Source: Tubiluchus corallicola (taxonomy: Eukaryota > Animalia > Priapulida). From it: DNA of 64,000 nucleotides. The notes beneath the pieces were generated by a model. The model worked only from the letters and a program-made list of their open reading frames with translations. It was not told the DNA's origin and ran no database searches. Every line of letters begins with the position of its first letter. Within the stretch, counting starts at the first letter, position 1. Below are positions 50,417 to 62,920 of this stretch, piece after piece. The position numbers were made by a program, and so were the translations under genes. The stretch covers positions 124,001 through 188,000 of the forward strand of contig JAQGDQ010000410.1 in NCBI GenBank assembly GCA_030141605.1, written 5' to 3'.

Positions 50417-50779
50417 TTATAATAAAATAAATCGAATATTCGTAATGAGAGTAATATTTAAGTTGTATAAGCTTATATTACAGTGAATATTTAGCTTGAT
50501 TTTAAAATAAGTGAAACATTATTCCTAAGCACTTGAAAACAAACAAAAAGAAGGTGTTGATTGTAAAACAAAAATGGTAGTTTTTCTCAAAACTTGTTTA
50601 CTTTTAGGTACATGACTTTGCGGGTCACCGCCCCAATTTACTTCTTTGCAGTGCATAATAGTTACTGTGAAACATACATAAGACCTTTTGTTACAGACAT
50701 ACAAAAATGGTGGTACAAAAATGCGTAACCCAACAGAACAATTTATTACATCGAAGTATTGCTGGAACAATAAAGAATC

Positions 50780-50847
50780 TGCTGTTGCTGCTGCTGTTAC
50801 TGCTGCCATTGCCATTGTTGTTGTTGTTGTTGCTGCTGCTGCTGTTT

Positions 50848-50933
<86 letters not shown>

Positions 50934-50965
50934 GCTGTTGTTGTTGTTGCTGTCATTGTTGTTGC
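50780..50965. repeat. (GTT)n/(GCT)n microsatellite
   Basis: Directly visible. Confidence 0.95.
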
Positions 50966-51385
50966 TAACTCAAGATTAAACTTAAACTTAAGATTTCTTA
51001 AACCCGTAAAAGCATAAAATTAGGCATATTTTCAAATTTCGCACATCACGTAAAAATGCCCACATCGTTTTGAAATAATCCTAAATATTAATTCTAAATT
51101 ATTTTAAAAAATAATCCTATTTACTTTTTCTTTACTCTTAACGCCTTTAGAAATAGAAGCAAGCTTAAAAATAGACTACCCTGAAATTCTTCTTGGTTTG
51201 TACTTTGTCAGTGCTACCAAGGTTCAACAGCTTTGTGCTAATGACCTAGAAAACCTGCCAGACATTAAATTCAAACGCTCTGTTCATACTACAGGCCTAT
51301 AAGTCTTGACAGATTTACAGAACTATGCAGCGACTGTAGTTCGTGGCACACTGTTAACAGTGTTTGTTAAAAAATACAATGAAAT

Positions 51386-52474
51386 ATGGCGGAACACTCG
51401 ACAGATGAAGATTACGAATTACTAGATGTGAATATAGACAGTGATGAGTACAAGAATGGAGCTGTTCTTGTAGTTGAAGCAGTAAAACCAAGATGGGATA
51501 AGCGTAAACTGAATTTTCACGTTTTTACAGATGGAATAACAAACAAAATTGTGGGTGTGTACACTGACGACTTCAACGACATGATATTGCTTAGGATTTT
51601 TGGCGAGAAAACTGAAGAATTTATAGACAGAGAGGCAGAACTACGAATTATGTTGTTACTGCATAGGAATGCACTATCTCCTCCAGTTTATGCAAAATTT
51701 AACAACGGCGTGTGCTGTGGCTTCGCGCCAGGGCGATGCGTTACAAAGAACTCTGTCCGATTAGAACCAGTGAACAAGTTAATAGCAGCCACATTGGCAC
51801 GACTGCACTGTATTGAAGAAGGAGAAAACATAAAGAAGGAACCAATAGTCTATCAACGCTGCAAGGCATGGCTAGAGTTAGTGCCAGACCATTTTTCGGA
51901 TCCCGGTAATAATGATAAATACTACAGATGTATACCTAGAAAAGACGTTCTTGCACATGAGCTGGCCGAACTTGAAGCAAAACTAACAAAACTTGAATCG
52001 CCGATTGTTTTTTGTCACAACGACCTCCTGCTCAATAATATTGTTTATGACAAAGACAGAGGCACTGTGACATTCATAGACTACGAGTATGCGGGTTATA
52101 ACAACCAGGCTTTTGATATAGCCATTCACTTTCTAGAATATGCTGGGGTTGAAGAAATGGATTTTTCTCTTTATCCGGACAAATGTTATCAAATGGAATG
52201 GCTTAAAGAATACTTAATCCACTGGCAGCAATTACAGAAAGCTAGTGACCAAGTCTCACCATCAGTCATAACGCAGCAAGATGTTGAAAAATTGTACCGT
52301 CAAGCAAATAAGTTTGTACCGTTAGCTCTCTTCTTCACAGGACTTTGGGGATTACTGCAAGTAGAGAAGTCTCTCATAGATTTCGATTTTTTACAATATT
52401 CAATTGAAAGATTTCGCGAATACTTCACGAAGAAGAATCAGTTTCTTTACCATTCCGGCCCGACAGTAAAATAA
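51386..52474 (+). CDS. ETNK: Ethanolamine kinase (choline/ethanolamine kinase family), 362 aa, intronless CDS
   Basis: FTDGITNK, LLRIFGEKTE..IDR..E, Brenner motif FCHNDLLLNNI, choline-kinase motif FIDYEYA..N..AFDIA.HF.EYAG, and C-terminal IDFDFLQY. Confidence 0.95.
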   Translation: MAEHSTDEDYELLDVNIDSDEYKNGAVLVVEAVKPRWDKRKLNFHVFTDGITNKIVGVYTDDFNDMILLRIFGEKTEEFIDREAELRIMLLLHRNALSPPVYAKFNNGVCCGFAPGRCVTKNSVRLEPVNKLIAATLARLHCIEEGENIKKEPIVYQRCKAWLELVPDHFSDPGNNDKYYRCIPRKDVLAHELAELEAKLTKLESPIVFCHNDLLLNNIVYDKDRGTVTFIDYEYAGYNNQAFDIAIHFLEYAGVEEMDFSLYPDKCYQMEWLKEYLIHWQQLQKASDQVSPSVITQQDVEKLYRQANKFVPLALFFTGLWGLLQVEKSLIDFDFLQYSIERFREYFTKKNQFLYHSGPTVK

Positions 52475-53257
52475 TAAAAACAATGCCAAAAACCTTAGCT
52501 GGAAAGACAAAGCTTCGAGTTAAGGACAATTTCGTTATTATAACAAACCATGTGCTCTGTGTGCAAGGCCAAGTTGAAGAGGCTGATTAGCGCCTAAGAC
52601 AATTAAATCAAATGATTAGTTGTCGATAATAATAATATGCTTGTGCCTTAAAGTAGTTACCACTTTGGACGCATATAAAACAATGCTTGAATGTTCGCCT
52701 ACTTTGAACGTTTGACATAGCATTTCGTTTTGTGGTTTCACATTTAATATGTCATCTTAAGATAGCGCTTTAATTTATCATTGTGTTTTGCACTACTATC
52801 GTTTTCGTTTTTATAATACTTATTCAACAGAAATTGTCGTGTGTGTGCATCAAGGATGGGAAAATCTGCCGCCATCCTGTTCTAACATAACTTTATCGCA
52901 TTGTTAGTGCCACCTTCTTAAGCGACATTGCCCAACAGCCTTACTAATGAGCTAAAGGAGAAAATATATTTTCTGAGACAGCAATTATTTGTATTCCTGC
53001 TCTACTATTGCGACACAGGCAAAAAGCAATATCTCTACTTTTTTAATGACAAGGGAAATAATTGCAGTTGACAGCTTGACACTATAAGTTTTGTAGAACA
53101 CGTGATCCAATGATCGGCTTAAATAATAAGGAAATTGTATTTTAAGATTCGTTTACTTAAATATTTAAAATAACATGTTCAAGTTAGCGTAAAATTTTTT
53201 ACATTACACATGTATCTATCTCGAGCAATACATCTCTCAATGTATATAACAAATCTG

Positions 53258-56200
53258 CTAAGAATTTAATACTGTATTCTTTTGTCCTGGTGGTTCTTTT
53301 TCCAGCGATAACTTATAATTTTCTTGCTCATCCTTATAAGGTGCTCGGAGAAGATAGCTTCGTATAACAGAACAAGTCCTGAAGTCGTACTGAGCTGCTG
53401 AAATTTGGAACCGCTGCAGCTGCTGAACAACAGTTCTATATGACTGGCTAGATGTGAACCTAGGAGCACTTCCACCACGTCCTAGTGTTGACAGTGACTG
53501 ATCATTGTTCTGACAGCGACTGATCATTGACGGCTGTTCAGTTAAAAAACTACACCGACTGTACTTCAAACCCGCACCTCCAAACGGAGCAAATGCTGAG
53601 ATGGATCGACTGTGTTCATCACACTGACCATCTTCTTGATTGAGACAGGTATCAGTGGGACTGAACTCTGATGTAGTCGCTAATTGGAGTGAATTATATG
53701 TATCTTCGATCTTTCTTAGCTCTGTTTTCTCCGAAACATTTTTGTCAGCCGAGCTCTTGCTGTTGTCGCCATCAGCATTTAACTCCCGTGCGTTTTCTTC
53801 TGCCACAACCATTTGGCCGCTTGTATCACCAGCACCAAATATTTCTTCGCCTGAATTTGCTTCCTTCTGCACAGGTTCCACGCTCATATTATCTCCCGCC
53901 ACATGCATTTGCGCAGTATGAGATTGAAAATAGGAAATGATACTTCCCATAAAGGTTAGTCCTTTAGGTTTTACGATGCTGCCAATGAATGTGCGTCGTC
54001 TGGGTCTTGCATTTTGATAGAAGCTATTCTCAGTTTCTTGCATGTCTTGTTGCACAGCAGCCATTACATTTTCAACCTCCCTTAGTGAAGCCGTCATGGA
54101 CACAGTGGCTACATCATCAGCGAATCGTCCTATCGCAGGGGACAAGTTCAGCAGAGCTAGATGGCATTCCATACAATAAGCTTCAGTCAAGCTCTGCAGC
54201 AGATAGCCCAGAAATGGCAAACACGGCGGATTTTCTACGGCTTCCTTCAGTTCAACTCCGTATTTGGTTAGTCCATTGCTAGTCATAAGTTCAGAAAGAT
54301 TGCAAAACACTCTGCAATTTGTTTTAATAAAGAATTAATAAAGATCACTGAGAATTTCGTACAAAATGACATAAATTTTTAACCAATTTGCTCTTCTGTT
54401 AAAAATTACATACAGACATCCCTTTACTTATTAAGTGAGATAATACCTTTTTTTATAAAGTTCATGTATTATTCAGGATCTAACCAGTTTACACGATGCT
54501 AGCTGATGCACAATTTAACCGGGGAAATGGCAAAAATATCATTTCTTAGAAGCTTCTTAAGAAAACTTTTTCTTAAATCAAAACACTACAGAAATTAGTT
54601 TGGAACCCAGTGATAAGACGTTTAATCTGTTAAACCTTTTGAACTTTTACTATGAAACACGAGAAATTGTATTATGTAAAACTGTATCAACAAACGACAT
54701 CAACGTAAATGTGGTATATTGCACGAACCTGTATCTAGATTGGTGAAATCTACGAACTTTTGACCAAGTAACACCCAACCTCATGACCGGATAAGCTCTG
54801 ATTCCTATTAGAATTGAGCACATAGAGTGGTAGTTTTGAAGCTCATAGCATCGTTCAGCAATCTGTAAAAATTAAATCAAACGCAGCTAAGGGACAAGAT
54901 TGGAACACTTTGTAAGTATAGCTGAAATAATAACAAATTTCATTAGAACTTTGTGACTTGTTAAATGCTATTCGAAACGTACTGAGTATGTGAAAAAAAT
55001 TCGATTACTCTGCTATCAGAATCTGAATGAAATAGCAGCAAAAGATGAACAAAAAAGGCAAAACAAAAGAACAAACAAAATAAACGAAGAATAGAGGAAG
55101 GAATACGGGAAAATCGCACTAATAAACGAAAGAATAGAATAAGTAAATCAGCCTGTCTGCCAGTCCGCCCATCTCTTTACCCATAAAACCGTAAGTCGTA
55201 ATTCCATATGAATGTAAGCCATTTATTATCATTGTAATATAGTATAAAGGAAAATTACAAGCACAATTATGTTTGCAGATTTTTTAATATATGAGTTTAG
55301 TAGAAAAACTATGAATTTAATAGAAAATTTAGTAAACAAATTTAGTAAGCATATGACAATTATACACATAAATTAATACATGTATGTAATGCATACATAA
55401 AGCAATAAACACAATTCAATGGCATGCAGAATTTAGTTAGTGAACAAGATAACTGCGTTACTCAGCGGCTTATAATTAATGCAGTCTTCTATTTAAGACA
55501 GGAGGACTACAATGAGCAATGCGTTGAATCTTACCTCGTCGACCAAGCAAGTCCTTTATAAGTCTAACTTAACGCCTTAGACCTAAGGGCACTCGAAGTA
55601 TGTCAACGTGATACCCTGGTCAATTTACAGATAGTTGCGTTGTATAGGCTAAAGCCATATGTAAGATGACCTAGACTAAATACTGCCAAAGTGAATGACT
55701 ATTTATTTACACTCACCGAAATGTAGCGAGATATAATCCTTGCTCGTTTCATGTCCGAGTCACTTTGTACTATTTCTGTGGTCACGAGGTGCGAAATCCG
55801 TTTGAAAAATTCCAATGTAGCGCTCAAATTAGGAATAAAAACTGCCTGCATGTGAAAATAGGCTACATAAGTATGTATTTGGTTTAATTGTTAACAATGT
55901 GGATTTTTTACGTTTTTTAAAATTTTTATTAACTTAGTTTCAAACCTGAAGTTTGCACTGTTCGCCGCTTTATTTTTTCTAGGTAATTTATTTTCCCTCC
56001 ATGTCCAAATGAGTTATGGTAGCTGTGTTTTCTATCAGCATAAGTTTGACTGCAATTTTGGACGTTGTCATTTAGTGTGAAAATATCAGTCTGACACCTT
56101 TCAGGCAATGATTTACGTAAATTAAAGTCACTGCTACTTTGAATCCCATTGGACTTAACATTTGTAGAATAAAACCTTCAAATTCACAGAATATGCATCA

Positions 56201-57912
56201 GGAAAGGAAATTAAAAATCCTGACTATACATTCAGTTCAAAATCGTGAGATATAAAACTGAAGAATACGAAGCGCTTCCCATAAGAACTTGTTGTTATTC
56301 TTGCAAAGCTAAATCCAAAATTGAATGGAATAAACTTAAAGCTGAAAGCATTATCTTTGACATTGTTTGTCCATACATATTTAAGATAGATATTCTGAAG
56401 GCAGAGAACGACGATTTTTTGGCAATAGTTTTCATCCTACTATATTCCCTATAATTTCATTATATTTCTTGAAGACTTCTAATATGATGTTACTTACCCG
56501 ATTTGATAACAACCATTTTGGTCCATCAAATTCAGATGCTTGTATCTGAGTGAACAATTGTTTGTCAATTAGCGTAAGCTCATGCGCAATCTTATCTACG
56601 TCAGCGTCCATTATACATTTCATAATTCCACATGTTCCCCAATGATTTTCCTTGGCAAGCACCAAGGTTTGATTCGATGCTTTGGTTCCTCTTCTTAATC
56701 GGTAGGAACATTTATTGAACTTGGAAGCAAACTGGTGAAAAAATTTCTCTATGTCCTCTTCTAGATCCTCTCCTTTTTCAACTGCGCTGCTAATTGAACG
56801 TTGAAGCTCTGCTCCGACAGATTGTGGTAGTCTCGGAAAACTTAGGCAGGAGCAGACAGCAGAAGGATGCTCCCTGTTAGTCGTGTAGCCAACTGAATCG
56901 TTCACAATAGCAGTTTCTTTGTGGCATTCTTTTTCCAAAGTGTTCTGCTGCATTTCAATTAAATGTGGACTATCACGCGTCGAACTTCCAACCGTCTCAA
57001 CAGCAATACTTTCCCCTAAACTACTGTCCGAAGTGATGTGTGTAGCATGAGTACCGTACTTGATATCCATCAACTGCTTATTCACTAACTTGGAAAATCT
57101 TTCTTCTTTTGGCGTGCTATCCACTTGGTTTCTGTTGCGAATTTCACATTTGTTCTTTGATGATCTTTTTCTATTTGCTGACGCGCTGAGCATCCATGAT
57201 AGTTTTGATGCACTTGCCTGTGCTGATCTTCTACCAGACCTTAATCTTATTCTGTGCTGTTGTTTTTTTGCTGAAAAACAAAAACTAACTATTACAGCCT
57301 AGCATACACGGAAAGTAAAAACACAAAAAATGAAAATAAATTTATTTCAACTTGTTTTCCACTTGTCTGGCTTTTTTGTCGACTAAACGCATATAGGAAA
57401 TTCTGACTGCTCACGTAATTCGTGTTTTCCACCCCTTCCTGTTTATATGTGCGTTAGGCTTTATTTGAAGGTTGAAAACTGTGTTGCTGTTTAGCAATTT
57501 GGTCACTTATCATTTTTATGACAGGGAAGGAGTTCTATGCTGCAATCATGATGAGCATTTAGTTTAAGGGACTATAATATTATTTCATTGGGTAATAGGC
57601 ACCTACCTTTCCTACCCGCAGGGGAACTTGAAATAACAGCTTCAGGGTGTCGGTACGTTTTAAAAGCAGCGTCAATATCACTGTCATCATCATCTGTTGA
57701 AGGTATTTTCAAAACTCGAGTTTTCTCACTTTGTTCAATCGCAGTGTTCAGTCGCTTAACAAGCGAGTACCCTCTGAAATGTTAATCGTGTTGATAATAT
57801 TGCACAGTTGCGTACATTAATTTTTAAGCAGCAAATTTAATTTTTCCTTGCTGATTTTGCAGGTTTAGTTTGATTTGATGCGCGTTACACACATTTAACA
57901 CACACACACACA

Positions 57913-57971
<59 letters not shown>

Positions 57972-59733
57972 TTTTGTCAAAATATCAATCGACTATTACT
58001 CCTGTAATAATATCATTACATCTCACCAATTATAATTTTTAAGTGCGTTCAGAAATCGCGATCAATGGTAATAGACGTATGTAAAATACGTTTCTGGGTA
58101 ACAAATGATCTGACAAAATTTTTATTGAAGATCTGTACGACGTGAAATTTGTGCAGCAAAACACAAGCAAGAAACAGCGTTGAAATGATTAATAAGCGAT
58201 ACAAACAGTTCTAGCACGTAAGGGCAACCAGTGAGAAATGGAGTTGAATAGTCTTATCTATATCATCGACGGTCCTGGGTAATATCAATTCTTGTTAATT
58301 TCGGCTGATGAGTACTTTGCACTCATTTGCGTGAATCATATAATATAACTGGATGGTGCTTTAGATTATTACTTATATTGTACATTTTCTTGTTAACTTT
58401 ATTTTTTCAAAAAAGTAAGTACGCTTATAATAAAATAAAAAATAGCCAATGGCGGCACAAATGCATACCTTATTTTTTTCTGTTCTTTTGTTGCTTTTTT
58501 AACCGTATTTGTCGTGCGTTCCTTTGCAAATCTCTTGAGTGTGCTAAAATCCAAGTCTGATTTGACATTAGCGTGCTTTTTTATGTTAAAATTCGGCTTA
58601 AACTTCGCTTCGGTTGAAAGAAGATCAGGTAAGGATTCGAACCGCGTCACCTCTTGCCGGTTAAAGGCGAACATATACATATTGGATTTGTTTACGTAGT
58701 AATGTTGATCATCTGCTACTGTTTCTAATGCCGTTTCACTGCAACAACGGCGTATCCAAATTTGGCCATGCTGACTATAGGTCAGATTCGTAAAAAGAAA
58801 CGTTTCTGATGGACATAGAGCTACCGGAAACTCCGCCAAATTGATTTCTGTTTCCTCTTTATTGTTCGAAATCAAAGATTTGTCAAAAATGCATACAAAA
58901 TCGTTATCTTTCCCTTGTCGGTATACCAAATCAGGACTTTCGGATAATTCGTCTGTTTCAGAATCTTGACTGTCGCCATTATTGTCATCATCGTTACAGA
59001 ATGTTTCTAAAGTTTGCAAAATTACAGCTTTTTTATCTTCTTTTGTCAATGGCGGATCAGCGAAAATAAATTTATCAATCACGTCTGCTAAGTTCTCCAA
59101 CAGCTTAGTATTTTGCTTTCTTCTCCGCTGCACCCGTTTTTGATACGAATCCAGTTTGCTTTTACAAGAAGACCTTTTCTTTTTATGCTTTTTCCTTCGC
59201 TCCTGTGTATTCTTGATATTGGTCATGGACCGACTGAGCCTCTCAAAGCTTTTCTCAAATTTAGTAGACTTATTTTCCACTTCAAAATCGCTCTCACAAA
59301 ATGTAGAAGAACTGTGGCCATCAATTCCGTTCATAGTCTCTAATCTCCAGATCCATTCCTTCCAAGTAGCCCAAGGGTTCTCCATTGTATCTAGTTTGTA
59401 AAACCTCACACTTCCATTTGCTAGTCGGACTCGCATAGTCATGTTTTGTTCATCTTTCACCGAAAACCTTGCAGTACAAATGGGTGTTGTCTGGTACACG
59501 TGTTCAAGTTCTACGTCCCGGTAGTTAAATTCTGTCAGGGGGTTGTTCCTTTCAACTTTCGCAAAACTTGCCACAATAAACTTGTCTGGGCACAGACCTA
59601 AATAAACGTTTCTTTTGGGCCGGCCGTTTTTCTTCACTTCTACAAACGGTGCTTCGACCAGCACGATGTCCATGAATTCGTTGTAATCGCTGGACCAGAG
59701 CAGCTTTTGCAGCGGTTTTGCACTGGACATCAT
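53258..59733 (-). CDS. Atypical CDC25/RasGEF-domain protein with an N-terminal PH-like region, ~1173 aa, 6 exons
   Basis: Exons 59733-58469, 57773-57607, 57270-56498, 55845-55717, 54862-54729 and 54311-53258; all GT-AG with consistent phases (3522 nt). CDC25 motifs: IAHELTLIDKQLFTQIQASEF, RISHLVTTEIV..RARIISRYISIAERCYELQNYHSM, RL..TW, PPCLPFLG, ENYKLSLEKEP. Confidence 0.85.
57898..57968. repeat. (CA)n microsatellite in RasGEF intron 1
   Basis: Directly visible. Confidence 0.95.
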
Positions 59734-61384
59734 TGCCCGTAAAACGAGCTTCCGCAGATTTACCAGTTAATTGTGGTTCAAAAAGTGTTTATATTTTGTT
59801 TTTCACAGCGAGGATCAGTACACACAAGGATTTTGGGAAAGCAACTGATAAATTTTCTAGCTTCGTAACAAATGTGAAGGAAATCAAGCAAAATTTCAAG
59901 GAAAATTTCTTCAAAGAGTTTGTTACCGTAACAGCAACAGACTTTCTCTCACAGTCGTTTAGCAACAACAAGAAAAGCGTAACATCTTTTAGAACGGTTG
60001 CTCCGCGCTTATTATTAAGCCTAGGTTACTTTGCAATAATTAGTGACGCGACAAAATACGTAAACTATCTAAAGCAGACTGGAAGTTTTGTTTAATGTAT
60101 ACTGGTTAATCAGTTATGCCCATATATATTCGTGATCACAAACAGGTCAAATTAGAAAGTGCAATACTGTTGTAACTATAGTCTCTGACTTAAAGTAATT
60201 ATAGCAAAAAATTAATTGGTTGTGAATTACGTAGTTTATCTGTCAGAATGAGCCAACTATCTATGTATTTGTGAGTACAGAGTATCAGACTGGGAGACTA
60301 ATATTTGGAGTCTTGAACACCCTTCTAGTAGAATCCATGAATGCTTGTGAAATGTATTGCCTCATTTGCTTGTACTCACGTAAATACAACCAATACTTGC
60401 AATGGTGAAAAGTATTGTAATCGTTGGCATGCAGCTGAAGTATGCAAAAGCCACGTCACACATAACATAAGACAACTTTAAACAACTTATATTTTTAAAT
60501 TCAATAAGCGAATAATAATATTTTATAATATACATGTATCATACAATATTAAACAAATACTACAAGCAAAACTAATCACACTCGAGACGATTATTATTTA
60601 CTAATTTAACACCTTAAACAGATTAGATTGTTACGAAATGTATCCAGTTTACTACAAATTACTCTAAGAACCACCATAATGTTCGAGGCGTATCTTTCAC
60701 AAGACAGCCCGGTTATAGGTTTTGGGCATGCAGTCCCGGCTTACATCAAGTTTATCGTATATCACACATAGCTTCTGTCTATTAATAATTATTCCACAGC
60801 TAAACATTACAGCACAGAAATCATTTAGTTTCCGGTTACTCTAGCTAACACCCACTTTACAGTAGGTTTAATTATTAGTTTACTTTATCACGTGGTGACC
60901 TAGGAGTTTTGGTCCTTTGGGCGAGTAAGAAATGTGTATGGGGCTCCGTCTTTTCGGACAGTGTCTCTTTCAGCACTATACTAGTCATCCTAGGTCCTTC
61001 TTGTTGGCTGAACTTTAGTTAGTTACAATACTAAACTCAAAGAACTTTTTATTCTGTCTTTTATCGACATACGAGTAGCAACTTCGCACTTGACGTATTT
61101 CTCCTAGAACGTAACCATTTTTATTTTACAAATTGTATTCACCTGACTTTGGCCAGACTGAGATTTGGAACCTTTTTTGTATAACTACTCATTTCTGCTT
61201 TACATTGCTTCATTTGACGCAAAAGACGTCCTAAAACGTGTAACCCACTGTGCAGGATATTAGGATGGTTCTTTCGTCTGAACGGCTAATCCATCATTTG
61301 TTTCATTGTTAATTTTCAAATTACTCCACAATCACCGCTTTTCTTCTTTTACTCCGAATGTGAGTTTTCACCGTAGCTTCTAAG

Positions 61385-62468
61385 TTATAATTTCTTCTTG
61401 TTCATACTTGGCGGCGGTTCTTTCATTAAAGAAAGTCCATAATTTTCACGTTCTTCTAAGTAAGGAGCGCGAAGTAAAAAGCTCCTGATGTTCGAAGAAC
61501 TTCTGAATTTATAACCTTCAGAGGCTCGTTGATATAATTCTAGCTGTTCAGCGATTTGTTTATAGACATCAGAGGATGGAAAGTCTGCAATATTTCCTAC
61601 TTGCCCAAGTAATGGCAGTCTTGACGAAAGGCTCTCAATGTCTAAGTTAACATCACCAGTTTCTCTAATAACTGAACTAGAAGCCATATGTCTTCTGCCC
61701 ATTTTGTTATTGTTAAACGTGGTATTGATTTCAGGCTTTACCTTGTTTGATCCGCTCATGATAAATCTTTCGTTAGCTTCAGCTCTCTTTCCAGTCTTAC
61801 GGTCCCTTTCAGTTTTTTTTATATTTTTGTGCCCACCAGCAGTATTAGGTTCCTTCTGCAACACTGTACGTAAACTACTACTCATACTTGCTTGATTGCC
61901 ACGAAGATTGTTTGTAGGTGGATGGTAGCTCACAGAAGGCAAAACAGCTGAAAATTTCTGACCGACCACAATGTCACTGCTTTTCGTTCTATCACTTAGG
62001 CAATGAAAACAAGCTTTAAAGCACTCGCGTTTACCGCCATTCTCTACCTCAGGATCGTTTTGTCCCAGGTTGTGAATGGAGGTAATATTTGCTCGAGATC
62101 TTATAACGCTACTCCTCGTGCGATGCAAAGATCGAAGATTTGTCATCACATTGGAAAATCTCAATTTTTCGAAACTGTCAACAAAATGCGGCTCCACTGA
62201 CGTCAGATGTATTGCTTGTCTCATTGGATGCCATGGATGGTGATTTAATTCCATTTCTTTTAAACAACTATTAATGGAGGAGCGAGATTTACCGTCAGCG
62301 AAATGTCTTACTGAATCAAGCATACTATATTTGTACAACCTGACACAGGACTGCAAGAACCGTCCCAAAAATGGCAAACATGGTGGATGACTTAGCGCCG
62401 CTCTTAATTCGTTATCATAATTTGAATCAGTGACATCTGCCATCATGTCCGAAAGCTCGCAAAAACAT
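61385..62468 (-). CDS. Terminal exon of a second, paralogous atypical RasGEF gene (upstream exons lie beyond the window end)
   Basis: Acceptor ctgtag|A at 62468 has the same phase and position as in the paralogue (CFCELSDMM vs VFCNLSELM). Motifs PPCLPFLGRFLQS and QLELYQ..YKFRSSSNIRSFLLRAPY..ENYGLSLMKEPP. Confidence 0.85.
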
Positions 62469-62920
62469 CTACAGATAAAGAATTTGGTATTAGTTAATTA
62501 TGTATTTAGTTAAATATAATATTTAATTTAGCTAATTAAAGTTAGCTAAAGCATTAAAAGCTCTTAATGACTCAGTGACTTTTTGATAGCGAATTGTGCA
62601 CAGCCTGTAAGAGGAAAACCGGACGATTGTGCAGACATTAGTCAAAATAAAGTAATATAAAGCCTTATATATTAAAAACTACAACAGCTTTTTAAATCAA
62701 ACCTTAAATAATAATTACTTCGGATAGTTAAATTTGTTAAACTTTCAAATGTACGCGCAGCTCAACAAATCCACTAAGACTGGCAATGGCGCCTTTTTGT
62801 CGCATTCGCATGGCCGGCAAATAGGCTAGGGTACCACGATAAGCATGATCATGAACTGCAGTGTTCATCTGTGACGTCGGTGTGACATACAGATCATCTT
62901 CGTGACATCACATCAGCGTC

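Noticed and set aside
48877-51017. NK/LF-repeat and poly-T/V/L ORFs
   Set aside because: They are translations of the (TTCTTA)n and (GTT)n arrays.
1206-52474. A cholinergic gene cluster (AChBP-like genes plus a choline/ethanolamine kinase)
   Set aside because: The genes are ~48 kb apart with unrelated genes between, and the kinase looks like the housekeeping ethanolamine-type enzyme; nothing in the sequence links them.
58305-58330. CTGATGA hammerhead-like start
   Set aside because: No GAAA follows the short stem.
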